Shown here: positions 29,070 through 38,935 of the stretch, piece after piece
How the letters are laid out: the number at the start of each line of letters is the position of its first letter
Numbering within the stretch: position 1 is the first letter of the stretch
NCBI GenBank assembly: GCA_036170915.1
Contig: JAVHQC010000028.1
Span: 1 to 46,887, forward strand
Origin: Cyanobacteria bacterium auto_48_18
Lineage (GTDB): Bacteria; Cyanobacteriota; Vampirovibrionia; Obscuribacterales; Obscuribacteraceae
Direction of reading: 5' to 3'
DNA: 46,887 bases
Translations under genes and position numbers: made by a program
Notes under the pieces: model-generated
Told to the model about the DNA's origin: nothing
Seen by the model: the letters and a program-made list of their open reading frames with translations, nothing else
The model's database searches: none

Positions 29070-30674
29070 ATGACAAAGCGTAAAACTAAAAATGGTGTCG
29101 AGACTCCCATCCGGAGCTCGTTCACCTTCGTCGCTCCAAACGACGATTCTCTGATACCTATTCTGGCTGCCGGCTCCGGCAAGAGTTCCATCACTCCGCC
29201 TTCCCGCGGTGGTGACAAGACCGGTCGCGATCGCGAACGGTATAAGGAACGTCAGAAGGGCAAGCTCAAGGGCAAGATTGGTGACATCATCGGAGACAAT
29301 CCGATCATCACCCGCCCCGGGAAGATCAACGTCCCCGTGCCGCCGGAGAAGGAGCCCATCTGGCGCCCCGGCCGCGATCAGTCTGGCAAGGGTGGACCCG
29401 GTAAGGGCAAGCCCGGTCAGGATGCTGGCGATTACGTGGAGATGGATTTCGAGGAATTCCTCGAGATGTTCTTCGCCGAAATCGGCCTGCCGAACATGCT
29501 CAAGAAGATGTTCGCGCAGACTCTGGTCAAGACGCACAAGCGTCGCGGCCTGACCAACAACGGTCCCAAGTCGCGCATGGACAAGCGCGCCACTGCCATC
29601 GCTCGTCTGCGCCGTGCTTCTTCGATGAAGAACTCGCGTCCGGAAGACTTCGTGCCTGACTTCGCTGAAAAGTGCCAGTCGGTTTTCGAGGCCTACACGT
29701 TCTGGGCGTACAGCAAGGCTGGTGCCGAAACCGCCAACGGGAGCGTCATGTTCCCCGAGCCGGTGATGGTGCTGATCGACAGCGAGGTCCAGGATTATCT
29801 GCGCTCGGTGGAACTGGCCGACGAATCGAATCCGGTGATCGAAGCTGACGTCGACGACTTCCGTAAGGACGTTCTGGAGACGTTGGTCAAGTACCTGGAT
29901 GAAAATCCGGAAACCACTGTCGCACCATATACGGTGCACGCAGCGCTGCAGCGTCACATCGAATCGTACGTGTTCGTCAAAGAGCGCGACGGTGAGATCA
30001 TCCCGAGCACGCTCGAGGTGCCGTTCCACAAGACCGACATGCGTTTCAGTCGTATCGAGGAGAAGGATGATCCCGACTCCAAGGCGATGGTTGCGCTTGT
30101 GCTCGACCGCTCCGGCTCGATGGATGGTGACCCGATCATCATCGCCAAGGCCTACTTCTTCATCTGCGTCATGTTCCTCAAGACGAAGTACAAGGAAGTG
30201 GCCATCGTCATGATTTCCCATGACGGGCAGGAGTACCTCTGGAAGACGGAGGAAGAATTCTTCAAGATCGGCGCCAGCGGCGGTACCGTAGCAGTTCCTG
30301 CCTGGGAGCTCGTCTACAACATCGCTGAATTCGGCGCTCGCTCAAAGACCACCGGCAATTCAGCTGGCCCGTATCCCGCCGCAACGTGGAACCGTTACAT
30401 GTTCCATGCCACCGACGGTGATTTGTTCGATGGCGAGGACGCCATCCGGCAATGGTTTACCAAAATCATTACCGCGCCCTTCAACTACGTCGGCTACCTG
30501 GAGTGTGGAACTTCGTGGGGCGGTCGTAGCGGCTATTCGCTCGGTGGACAAGCCCTCCAGGGTCTGCCTGCTGCTGTGAAGGCTCACCTGGGCATGGCAA
30601 AGGCCAACTCGCTGAAGGATGTACCGGATGCCTTTAAACAGATCCTCGATAAGGATCGCCAAAAAGGAGCCTAA
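29070..30674 (+). CDS. yeaH: YeaH/YhbH (DUF444) vWA-like protein
   Basis: DRERYKER, Gly-rich linker, FAEIGLPN, VPF..DMRF, MIDAS LDRSGSM, GGT, YMFHATDGD, YLE; SD GGAGG before ATG 29070. Confidence 0.88.
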   Translation: MTKRKTKNGVETPIRSSFTFVAPNDDSLIPILAAGSGKSSITPPSRGGDKTGRDRERYKERQKGKLKGKIGDIIGDNPIITRPGKINVPVPPEKEPIWRPGRDQSGKGGPGKGKPGQDAGDYVEMDFEEFLEMFFAEIGLPNMLKKMFAQTLVKTHKRRGLTNNGPKSRMDKRATAIARLRRASSMKNSRPEDFVPDFAEKCQSVFEAYTFWAYSKAGAETANGSVMFPEPVMVLIDSEVQDYLRSVELADESNPVIEADVDDFRKDVLETLVKYLDENPETTVAPYTVHAALQRHIESYVFVKERDGEIIPSTLEVPFHKTDMRFSRIEEKDDPDSKAMVALVLDRSGSMDGDPIIIAKAYFFICVMFLKTKYKEVAIVMISHDGQEYLWKTEEEFFKIGASGGTVAVPAWELVYNIAEFGARSKTTGNSAGPYPAATWNRYMFHATDGDLFDGEDAIRQWFTKIITAPFNYVGYLECGTSWGGRSGYSLGGQALQGLPAAVKAHLGMAKANSLKDVPDAFKQILDKDRQKGA

Positions 30675-30676
30675 CT

Positions 30677-32470
30677 ATGTCTAAAGATCACTTCGAATAC
30701 GCTCGTGAGCTGGAGCTGTTGATGATGTGGGATGTGCGTATGCACGCAGCCGGAAAACGGCTCGGGCTGTCGCCTTACCCCATCGACTACAGGCTGACCA
30801 CTGACGATGGCGTCACGCAAACTCTGCCGTACGTTGGCATGCCCAACGACTACGTGCACTGGTCCAAGGGTAAGGAGGCCGAGGCAAACAGGCGTCAGGG
30901 TTACGGCGGCCACATCTATGAGATGGTGCTGAACACGAACCCGAGCATCTGCTACCTCTCCACCACCAACTCCCTGCCCATGCAGCTGCACGTTATGGCG
31001 CACGCTGTGTGGGGTCACGTCGATTTCTTCGCGAACAACAAGACGTTCGCAGGAACGATGCCCGAATCGATCATCGCGCGGCTCACCCAGTACCGCAACA
31101 AGATCGATGCTCTCGTGAACAACCCTGACTGGGGCTGGGTGGGTGTCGAGCACTTCCTCGATGCCTGTCACGCGATTTCCAACCACGTTGGTTGGGGTCC
31201 TGTGGATCCAGAGAAGAAGAGCGACAAAGAACTGCGCGAAATCCTTCGGGGTGAAGTGGCAGAACTGCGTCGTCGCATTCTCGACGAAGGCGAATACTCG
31301 CAGTCGAAGAAGGTGCAGCTGGAGCGGCAGGTGGCGGTGATCGAAAGCTCACTGCGCCGTTACCCGATTCAGCCTGCAGCCGACTTGCTGCACTTCGTCA
31401 TGCAGGAAGAGAACACCCCCAACCTGCCGCCTGAAGCGCGCATGATGATGTCCATCGTGCACGACCGTTCGCGCTACTTCCAGCCTCAGGGCCGGACGAA
31501 GTTCATGAACGAAGGCTGGGCGTCGTACTGGCAGCGGGAGCTTCTCCTGCAGCCGGAAGTCGACCTGCCGATGGAGTTCCGCTTTGACCTGGCGCAGTCG
31601 TGGCACATGCACTATCAGGTAGCCGTCAACAGCTACTTCGATCCCTATGCAATGGGTCAGAACATCTGGCGCTTCATCGACGACAAGTACGGTTTCGATG
31701 ACGGCATGGAGACGGTGAAGCGCAAGCGCATCGTCAAGAATGCCGATGGCGAGTACGTCGAAGGCAAGAAGGTCGAGAAGACTGAGGTCGTTCGCCGCAA
31801 CCGCGACAAGATGATGGAGATTCGTCGTCACTACGATGACAATCGTTTCGTCAACGAGTTCATGGGCGAAGAGCTGTTCGAGCGCATCAATCTCGAGAAC
31901 CTCGAGTGGGTGCGTCGCATCATCAGGATCATCAACAAGACCCTGAAGAAGAACGGCTGGAACCGCAAGTTCGTGTTCGAGAATCCGGCGCCGATGACTC
32001 TGGAAGACCTGATGCAGGTCGTTCAGGTGTGGTCGCAGGTGCAGGAGACCTCGGAGCAGTACCATGAGGAGCTGGGCCAGCCCCTGTTCCCCGTTCCGGC
32101 GCAGACGCTGGAGCACATGGGCACGGTCATCCAGATCGTGGCTGCTTTCGACCAGAACAAGCACAAAGCGAGGCGCATGATTGCCATGCGCACCGCTTAC
32201 CACAGCCTGCCCAACATCACCATCCAGGACACTGGCAAGCTCGGTGATGGCAGCTGGACCCTGAAGCACGAGTTCGATGAAACATTCGGACCGTTGCTGC
32301 AGTCGGAGTGCCGCGATACGCTGATGTTCTTCCGTCGCCTTTGCGGTATGCCTGTGCGTCTCCTGACCATGGAGCAGCGTACCGATGCCCGCGGTCGGCC
32401 CACCGGCCCGCCGATGCCCTTCGAGTATTTCACGGAAGACGGAGAAGTCGTGAAGGAGCGTTGGCTGTAA
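30677..32470 (+). CDS. spoVR: SpoVR/YcgB family protein
   Basis: GMP..Y.HWS.GK, IYEMVLNTNPSICYL, AHAVWGHVDFFANN, YFQPQGRTKFMNEGWASYW, DPYAMG. Confidence 0.92.
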   Translation: MSKDHFEYARELELLMMWDVRMHAAGKRLGLSPYPIDYRLTTDDGVTQTLPYVGMPNDYVHWSKGKEAEANRRQGYGGHIYEMVLNTNPSICYLSTTNSLPMQLHVMAHAVWGHVDFFANNKTFAGTMPESIIARLTQYRNKIDALVNNPDWGWVGVEHFLDACHAISNHVGWGPVDPEKKSDKELREILRGEVAELRRRILDEGEYSQSKKVQLERQVAVIESSLRRYPIQPAADLLHFVMQEENTPNLPPEARMMMSIVHDRSRYFQPQGRTKFMNEGWASYWQRELLLQPEVDLPMEFRFDLAQSWHMHYQVAVNSYFDPYAMGQNIWRFIDDKYGFDDGMETVKRKRIVKNADGEYVEGKKVEKTEVVRRNRDKMMEIRRHYDDNRFVNEFMGEELFERINLENLEWVRRIIRIINKTLKKNGWNRKFVFENPAPMTLEDLMQVVQVWSQVQETSEQYHEELGQPLFPVPAQTLEHMGTVIQIVAAFDQNKHKARRMIAMRTAYHSLPNITIQDTGKLGDGSWTLKHEFDETFGPLLQSECRDTLMFFRRLCGMPVRLLTMEQRTDARGRPTGPPMPFEYFTEDGEVVKERWL

Positions 32471-32505
32471 GGCTGACGTTTCTCCAGACCATCGGACCAC
32501 CACTT

Positions 32506-32539
32506 AAGGGGAGGAGGAGCTTGCTCTTCCTCCCTTTTT
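32506..32539 (+). terminator. Rho-independent terminator
   Basis: AAGGGGAGGAGGAG-CTTG-CTCTTCCTCCCTTT then TT. Confidence 0.75.
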
Positions 32540-32592
32540 GCTGGCGCGTTCGAGTTCTTATGAATTCAAAAATCTTTTAAAGGAGTCAACTC

Positions 32593-33357
32593 ATGAAAAT
32601 CCAAGACACGATTGGACGGCAGGTGGACATCGCGCTTGTGACCAAACCGGCAGCCAATGCCTTGTTTGGTGCAGACGTCGACTGGATCCGACCGGTCTTC
32701 CATACAGTCGCGAACAGCAAGAAGCTGTTTGTGCGCATGCCGCTGGGAGCTTACGCTCTGCGCGTCATGTCCAAGCACGCAACCGAGATGCTGGTGCATG
32801 TGAGCGGCAAGCTCGTGCTCAGCACCAAGGTCAACCCTGGCCTGCAGTACCTGCGTCATGATGGGAAGGGCAACCTTTTCGTCTTCGGCGAGGACAATTC
32901 GGCGAACGACATCGTCAACATTTCTTCAGACGCCGAAAAGATCGCCGCTCTCAGCGCCACCGCTGCTGGTGCCGACGATGACACAGCAAGCGCTGACGCT
33001 GACGCAATTCAGCCGTCGCTTTCGCTCGAAAGCAACGACGGAGCTGACCAGTCTGCCGAAGATTTCGTGCAGCTGCCGCTCATGGCCGATGCCGATGAAA
33101 ACTCGGTCTTCGTGGTTGTCCGCTTCGTGGACGAGCCCGGTCCTGGCCTCAAGCCGCCGGCGCAAGAATTCGAAGTCGACTTCCAGATGAACAAGCCCGC
33201 CGATCACGACGAGCTTCTGGCGACGTCCAATCTGCTGACGATGGTGAAGCCCTCGTTGCTCATCAACGAGCAGGACGAGGTCAGCTTCGAACCTCCGCAG
33301 ACTCACCGCCCGACCTTCACGTGCACCTGCACGGGCTGTGTTCGAGGCTCAAACTAA
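32593..33357 (+). CDS. Hypothetical protein with acidic linker and C-terminal CxCxxC
   Basis: AAGGAG SD, 254 aa, biased codons; beta-rich N-domain, Asp/Ala-rich linker, TCTCTGC tail. Confidence 0.8.
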   Translation: MKIQDTIGRQVDIALVTKPAANALFGADVDWIRPVFHTVANSKKLFVRMPLGAYALRVMSKHATEMLVHVSGKLVLSTKVNPGLQYLRHDGKGNLFVFGEDNSANDIVNISSDAEKIAALSATAAGADDDTASADADAIQPSLSLESNDGADQSAEDFVQLPLMADADENSVFVVVRFVDEPGPGLKPPAQEFEVDFQMNKPADHDELLATSNLLTMVKPSLLINEQDEVSFEPPQTHRPTFTCTCTGCVRGSN

Positions 33358-33371
33358 GGAGGAAAAATCTT

Positions 33372-33920
33372 ATGTCACTCTGCACAGGCTGCTCTTCCAA
33401 GAGCACACTCAATGTGCCGGGCAATTGCCAGAAGTGTGGAGGTCTGACCTCCCACTTCGCGCATGCGCTCTGCGACGGCTGCAGCGACCTGCTCGATGAA
33501 TGCGAGTGGTGTCGCACACCTGTTTCCACTGGAAGCTCTTCGCCGGTTGCCACCGCGGCCGGAATCTTCTACACGACCTGTCGTGATGGAGACAAGGGCA
33601 AGACTTTCAAGAACCTCAGTCGCGGCGAACAGATCCATGTGATCCTCGCCGAAGACCAGTACGCGTGGAAGGAATGGAACGTCAAGCGTCCCCTTCCCAG
33701 CGCGTTCAGGCTGCTCACCCGCGGCCAATTCGTTCCCGACGTCGGCAATCCGCAGTACGGCACTCGTGAGTTCATTTTCGAAATCGTAGGCACCGGACTG
33801 GCTGCCATCGAGTTCGAGGAATGTCAACGCACATGGTCGTGGTGGGGTTCGCAGTCGAGCAGCATTGGTTCAGCTGTTCCCGGCGGTCAAACGTGGTCTG
33901 CCAACTTCGACGTCAAGTAA
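33372..33920 (+). CDS. Cys-rich zinc-finger-like N-terminus fused to a chagasin/I42-like protease-inhibitor domain
   Basis: Four CxxC pairs, then DGDKGKTF..L..GEQIHVILAE...W...FVPD...GTREFIFEIVGTG...IEFE...W...TWSANFDVK matching the chagasin Ig-like pattern; SD AAGGAGG. Confidence 0.6.
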   Translation: MSLCTGCSSKSTLNVPGNCQKCGGLTSHFAHALCDGCSDLLDECEWCRTPVSTGSSSPVATAAGIFYTTCRDGDKGKTFKNLSRGEQIHVILAEDQYAWKEWNVKRPLPSAFRLLTRGQFVPDVGNPQYGTREFIFEIVGTGLAAIEFEECQRTWSWWGSQSSSIGSAVPGGQTWSANFDVK

Positions 33921-33948
33921 TTGACGGCGAATAAGTAACCACAAGTTT

Positions 33949-33986
33949 GGGGAAATCAGGGGCTCACCCCTCTGATTTCCTTTTTT
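33949..33986 (+). terminator. Rho-independent terminator
   Basis: GGAAATCAGGGG / CCTCTGATTTCC stem followed by TTTTTT. Confidence 0.8.
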
Positions 33987-34089
33987 CAATTTTATACTAC
34001 GCTTTATAATACAACAGTAATTGAAGCAAAAAAATGAGCGAACATGTGTCGCTAACTATCACTACCTTTTCACTACCTAGACCCATTTT

Positions 34090-34144
34090 TTCAACCTAAA
34101 GGTTGTATGGGCGTACAACTTCTAGGTTGTAAAATTTCTTAGGC
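34090..34144. promoter_or_regulatory. Tandem palindromic operator-like element, copy 2
   Basis: TTCAACCTAAAGGTTGTA (34090-34107) and TACAACTTCTAGGTTGTA (34114-34131), 24-bp period, then AAATTTCTTAGGC. Confidence 0.6.
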
Positions 34145-34919
34145 TTCTGGTCTGTGATACCTGACCAATGAGAGGAAATCCTCACCACCGTATCTGGTGC
34201 AATGAATCAACGTAGAAAACAATCTAAAAGCCCATGTGAAAACAGCGTGAAAGTTCTCGCAAATGCTCTTGAAGCCCGCCTCTTTACTTCAACGGTACTA
34301 CCTACCCAAATCAACTTTCACGGCCCTTGAAAGCCATTAAAACGCCTGAGCGAAAAACCATTAAGCAGCGCTCAGAAAGAGGGGTTTAAATCGTACTGAG
34401 CGAGCCGCGCTAATCAGCAATTGTTGCTCTTCAACCACTCAAAGACTAAGCCAGTCTCATTTTTGCACCTGCGATGTTAAGCGCGCACGGTGACCAACTA
34501 CGGCTACAGATAATGTAAAGAACTTGAAAGGGGCAATATAAAGGCTTCTTGAAGACTCTCAGCGTTTCTGCCGGGGTTGGCGAAGCTGACCTATTTCCTC
34601 ACGGTTACCATAAGAAAAATAAGTGGTCATCACGCGCGCGGGCGCACGAGAGATCTTATTAAGACAAATATTCTTTCTTCTGGAATCGTCGTTCTTATAC
34701 TCTTTAGACCTCCTATCTCCTCTTCCCAAAGAAACCGCGCAAGAACCAGAAACTCTACTGCCAAGCAAATGCCATCAATAAACCAACCTCGCCCACGGCG
34801 TCGGATGGTAACGAGCAGCAAATGTTGTGGATGGTGAGCAAGTTTTTGGCGAAGAGCATTCTTTCAGACTGACACAAGACTGAGGCAGATGCGCATTAAC
34901 AGTGCTGGCGCATTTTCCT

Positions 34920-35027
34920 GAGATCTGAATCCAGGCCCCGAAACACTTAGAAACAACTGATTCGGCTTGCCTAATTTTCTCGAATACAAAACCGACCGAA
35001 TTCAGCTCACAACTGGATTCAGATTTC
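34920..35027 (+). ncRNA. Candidate structured 5' leader of the vWA/MoxR unit
   Basis: 15-bp long-range stem GAGATCTGAATCCAG (34920-34934) / CTGGATTCAGATTTC (35013-35027), one G-U. Confidence 0.35.
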
Positions 35028-35069
35028 TCCAGCACTAAGCCATCTAACCCATCAGTGGGAGGTACAAAC

Positions 35070-36110
35070 ATGATGAATTTTGCAAATCCCTACATGCTTT
35101 TGCTCATCCCGGTGGCACTCACACTTCTCGTGATTGCCATGCGGCGTCGCAAAGCATTCGGACACTCACAGATCAAGACGCAGAAAGATCTGCGTACTTT
35201 CTCTCTCACCGGATACATTCCGGCAGCGTTGCTCAGTGCATTCGTGGTGATTTTGGGCCTCGCCCTTGCTCGCCCCGTTGTGCCCGAGTATCACCAATAC
35301 ACTGTCACTCAGACACGTGACTTCTGCCTGGCCGTCGACATCTCCGGTTCTATGACCGGCACCATCGTCGACCCGGAACAGGTAGCAATCGCCAAGGCCG
35401 CTGCAGAAGCAGCTAAGGCCGCCGGCACCACCCCCGATACCGCTACTACTGCCGCTGAACCCAAGCCTCTCAACCGGCTCAACGTGGCACAATCGGCGGT
35501 AGACGACTTCGTCAAGCAGCGTGCAGGCGACCGCGTTTGCCTCATGTATTTCGACGATGACAGTTACTACAGCTGGCCGCTCACTTCCGACCTGAACACC
35601 ATTCTCAAGCGCAACAAGCGCACCAGTGGCTACAGCGGTGGTGGAACCAACTTCGAAGGCCCGACTGAAAACGACCCCAAGAGTGGTCCAATTCAGGCGG
35701 CCCTCAATCACTTCAAAGAGTTCGGCCAGGCCAAAACCAAGATTATCATCGTGGTTTCCGACGGCGAGTCGAACATCAGCGAAAAGCGCTACAGCGAGCT
35801 TTTCACGCAAATGAAAAATGGCGGCGTCAAGCTCTACGTCCTAGGCATCGCCGAAGGCTGGGTCAACGCCAGTTCCATGACCAAAGATCTGCGCAGACTG
35901 GCTGAAGAGTCGGGCGGTGCGGTGATGGTTGTCGGCAACGCTGCTGATATGCGCAAGGGCGTCGAACAGATCAATGCCCTGGAAAAGTCGCGAGTTGAGA
36001 TCGAAAAGACGACTTCCTACAAGGACGTCTACCAGATCTTCTTGCTGATTGGTCTCATCGTCGGCCTGCTTTACTTCGTGGCCGCAAGCGCCGTCCGAGA
36101 GGACGTCTAA
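35070..36110 (+). CDS. BatA-like membrane-anchored vWA protein
   Basis: FANPYMLLL N-terminus, LALARP, MIDAS VDISGSM / GGT / VSDGE, C-terminal TM; SD GGAGG. Confidence 0.9.
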   Translation: MMNFANPYMLLLIPVALTLLVIAMRRRKAFGHSQIKTQKDLRTFSLTGYIPAALLSAFVVILGLALARPVVPEYHQYTVTQTRDFCLAVDISGSMTGTIVDPEQVAIAKAAAEAAKAAGTTPDTATTAAEPKPLNRLNVAQSAVDDFVKQRAGDRVCLMYFDDDSYYSWPLTSDLNTILKRNKRTSGYSGGGTNFEGPTENDPKSGPIQAALNHFKEFGQAKTKIIIVVSDGESNISEKRYSELFTQMKNGGVKLYVLGIAEGWVNASSMTKDLRRLAEESGGAVMVVGNAADMRKGVEQINALEKSRVEIEKTTSYKDVYQIFLLIGLIVGLLYFVAASAVREDV

Positions 36111-36140
36111 CCCACTCTAGAAACGAAACGGAAAAACAAT

Positions 36141-36731
36141 ATGGAAAAGAAAACTTCATTGCGCAAGCGTTTTCTGGCAGTGCTGACGGTTCTCGCCGGC
36201 GCCGCCATTCTCGCTTGCGGGCTTCACCTGTTCACGTGGACCGACTCGCAGTACCAGCTCTATAACCAGGGCCTGGCTGCGTATCAGACCGGCGACGTGC
36301 AGAAAGCCATCAAATACTTCGACCAGAGCCTTGGAGTCTACAAGGCCCGTCAAAACGAAACCTGGGTCGAACGCCTCGTCTATCCCAAGCCGGATAGAGA
36401 AGTGGCTGCCCAGGCTGCATTCCACAAGGCCAAGTCGCTGATTCGCGCTAAGCAGGGCAAACCTGCTGTGGAGGCCTTCCTTGAATCGCTCAAGCTCAAT
36501 AGCGGCAACCTCTATCAGGAGCGTGGCCTGAGCCAGCGGCAGATTCAAGAAGCGGAAGAGAACGCCAAGGTCGTCAAATACGACCTCGAGTTGCTCTTCA
36601 AGAACAATCCCTCTCTCGCCGAAGGGCAAGGGAAGGGCAAACCGAAACCCGGTGACAAGAAGGGTGACCAACAGGTACCTGGAGACCAGCCCGGCAAGCT
36701 GCCTGGCAAGGGCAACAAGGACGACATTTAA
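36141..36731 (+). CDS. BatC-like TPR protein
   Basis: N-terminal TM, YNQGLAAYQTGD..KAIKYF, A.FHKAK.L, KYDLELL, Gly/Lys/Pro-rich tail. Confidence 0.8.
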   Translation: MEKKTSLRKRFLAVLTVLAGAAILACGLHLFTWTDSQYQLYNQGLAAYQTGDVQKAIKYFDQSLGVYKARQNETWVERLVYPKPDREVAAQAAFHKAKSLIRAKQGKPAVEAFLESLKLNSGNLYQERGLSQRQIQEAEENAKVVKYDLELLFKNNPSLAEGQGKGKPKPGDKKGDQQVPGDQPGKLPGKGNKDDI

Positions 36732-36743
36732 AGGAGAAACGCT

Positions 36744-37853
36744 ATGAACACATTGCATTTCCTTCGTCCTGAGTATTTGTTTGCCCTGCTGGTTGTCATT
36801 CCAGTGGTGTCGGCATTGCTCTGGACGTCGGCTCACCAGCGCCTCAAAGCGAGGCGTGACTGGGCCGAGGAAAACAAACTGACAGACCGCTTCAGCAGAC
36901 CCTTCAACAAATCGTTGGAGGTGTTCAAAGGAGCACTCTGGGTAATCGCGACCGCGTTCGTGGTGCTGGCAGCAGCCGGACCGGTCATGGATGACGCACC
37001 ACTGACGGTGCGTGAAGGCAGCATGGAACTGGTTGCTGTCGTCGACGTGTCACGGAGTATGGCGGCCGAAGATTACCGCTCCGCCATGCCCCCGAAGCCA
37101 GTTTTCGACGAATCCGGCAAGAAGATCATTGGTTATATTCCGCAAGACCAGGTGCTCGGCGCCTACGGTTCGCGGCTCGATATGACCAAGAACGTGATCA
37201 AGACACAGATCATGCCCACCCTCGAGCGCAACAAACTCGGACTGGTCAACTACTCTGGTGAAGGTTTCATCCAGGCAGACCTGACCGACGACTACGGGGC
37301 GCTTACTTGGGTGATGGATCACTGGATGCGCATTGGACAGGCACCAGGCAATGGCTCCGACTACGCAGTCGGCCTCCAGACCGCCTATACCATGTTCATG
37401 GAAGAGCCTGCCACGAATAAGCAGCGCATCATCTTGCTCTTCACCGATGGTGGTTTCACCGGCGACCCTGCCAAATTGCAGGAAGTACTGGCGCTCATTC
37501 GTCAGGCTGGTATTCGCATCATCGTGGTTGGTCTGGGTTCAAGCACACCGGTGACCATCCCGCTCTACTCGAGCGAGGGTCAGTTGACCGGCTATGTGCA
37601 AAAGGACAACGAAGTGGTAACTACCGGAATTAACGAGGCTGCCTGTCAGACTCTCGTTTCACTCACCGGTGGTGAATACATTCGCCTCGACCCGGAACGG
37701 CCTGTGCTCACGATCAAGTGGACCGAAGCTCTCGGTGGCACCAAAATCGAAAAGCACGAAGACCAGGTCTTCCAGTATCCGCTGGGAGCAGCTCTGGCTC
37801 TTGTCCTCGGACTTCTTTTCCTGGCTGTCTGGCGGCGCGATCGCGCTGCCTGA
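36744..37853 (+). CDS. BatB-like membrane-anchored vWA protein
   Basis: FLRPEYL, AAAGP, VDVSRSMAAED, SRLDMTK, LTDDY, FTDGG, VGLGS, GGEY, FQYPL plus C-terminal TM. Confidence 0.9.
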   Translation: MNTLHFLRPEYLFALLVVIPVVSALLWTSAHQRLKARRDWAEENKLTDRFSRPFNKSLEVFKGALWVIATAFVVLAAAGPVMDDAPLTVREGSMELVAVVDVSRSMAAEDYRSAMPPKPVFDESGKKIIGYIPQDQVLGAYGSRLDMTKNVIKTQIMPTLERNKLGLVNYSGEGFIQADLTDDYGALTWVMDHWMRIGQAPGNGSDYAVGLQTAYTMFMEEPATNKQRIILLFTDGGFTGDPAKLQEVLALIRQAGIRIIVVGLGSSTPVTIPLYSSEGQLTGYVQKDNEVVTTGINEAACQTLVSLTGGEYIRLDPERPVLTIKWTEALGGTKIEKHEDQVFQYPLGAALALVLGLLFLAVWRRDRAA

Positions 37854-37901
37854 CACGCCTTTTTCTAATCAACAACTCACACGAGAACTTGGAGTTTCAC
37901 A

Positions 37902-38927
37902 ATGAACGACATGCACAAAATCAAGCGGCCTGCTTACGCGGCCATGTCTGCAGAAATCGGCAAGGTGGTGATCGGATACGACGACATCATCGGCCTCTGC
38001 ATTCGCGGTATCCTGGCTGACGGCCACATACTGCTCACCTCGCTGCCGGGTCTGGCCAAGACCACCCTGGCAAACACTCTCGCCGCAGTGATCGAAGGCG
38101 CCGTCCCCGGCCGCTTCCAGGCACTGCCCGACAGCCAGGCTTCCGACATCGTCGGCAAGATGGTGTACAACCAGAAGACTGGTGAGTACATGGCTGTCCC
38201 CGGCCCGATCATCGGCAAGAACATTTTCCTCTACGACGAAGCCAACCGTACCGGTCCCAAGACCAACGCGGCGGTGCTGCAGCCGATGCAGGAGAAGAAG
38301 GTCACCATCGACGGTGGCCCGACCTACAACTGCCCCGAGCTCTTCTTCGTCATCTGCACGCGCAACCCCATCGAGCAGGAAGGCACCTATGACCTTCCGG
38401 AAGCGATGATCGACCGCGTCACCGGCGAAGGTCTGATGAGCTACGTCTCGGAAGACAACGAGATGGCCATCGTGCGCAAGACCGCTCTGCGTAAGGGCGA
38501 CGCCAGCAAGATGGTCCAGAACGTGATCACCATCCCGCAGATTCTCGAAGATCGCGTCAAGATCAACGAGATGGTCGAGACCATGCCCGACGAGCTGGTG
38601 CGCTACATCGTGCGCCTGGTTCGTGCCACTCGCCCTCAGCTGAAGGCTGACTTCAGCAAGGTGAAGAGCAAGACCAGCGGCGTCGACTACGCGCAGCTCG
38701 TCTCCAACGGCGCCTCGGTGCGTGCACAGCAGAACATCGCTGTCTGCGCCGCTGCCGTTGCGTTCCTGAACGGACGCGAAAACGTCACTCCGGACGACGT
38801 CAAGTTTGTCGCTCGCGACATTCTGCGCGCTCGTATCGGCAAGTCTGAGAAGGGCTACAACCGCTTCAACGCGGACGAGTTCATCTCCTCACTCCTTGAT
38901 TCGGTCGAAATCGTCGGCGCAAAGTGA
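37902..38927 (+). CDS. moxR: MoxR-family AAA+ ATPase
   Basis: GHILL..LPGLAKT, SDIVG, GPI, DEANR, PKTNAAVLQPMQEKKVT, NPIEQEGTYDLPEA..DR, VTPDDVK. Confidence 0.95.
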   Translation: MNDMHKIKRPAYAAMSAEIGKVVIGYDDIIGLCIRGILADGHILLTSLPGLAKTTLANTLAAVIEGAVPGRFQALPDSQASDIVGKMVYNQKTGEYMAVPGPIIGKNIFLYDEANRTGPKTNAAVLQPMQEKKVTIDGGPTYNCPELFFVICTRNPIEQEGTYDLPEAMIDRVTGEGLMSYVSEDNEMAIVRKTALRKGDASKMVQNVITIPQILEDRVKINEMVETMPDELVRYIVRLVRATRPQLKADFSKVKSKTSGVDYAQLVSNGASVRAQQNIAVCAAAVAFLNGRENVTPDDVKFVARDILRARIGKSEKGYNRFNADEFISSLLDSVEIVGAK

Positions 38928-38935
38928 TGTGATTT

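Noticed and set aside
30677..32470. Evidence for endospore formation from spoVR/prkA
   Set aside because: These families are widespread in non-sporulating bacteria and archaea
34559..35071. Short ORFs in the spacer before the vWA gene (and likewise 23557-24006)
   Set aside because: Mostly alternative starts, no clear SD, no motifs, no coding-like codon bias
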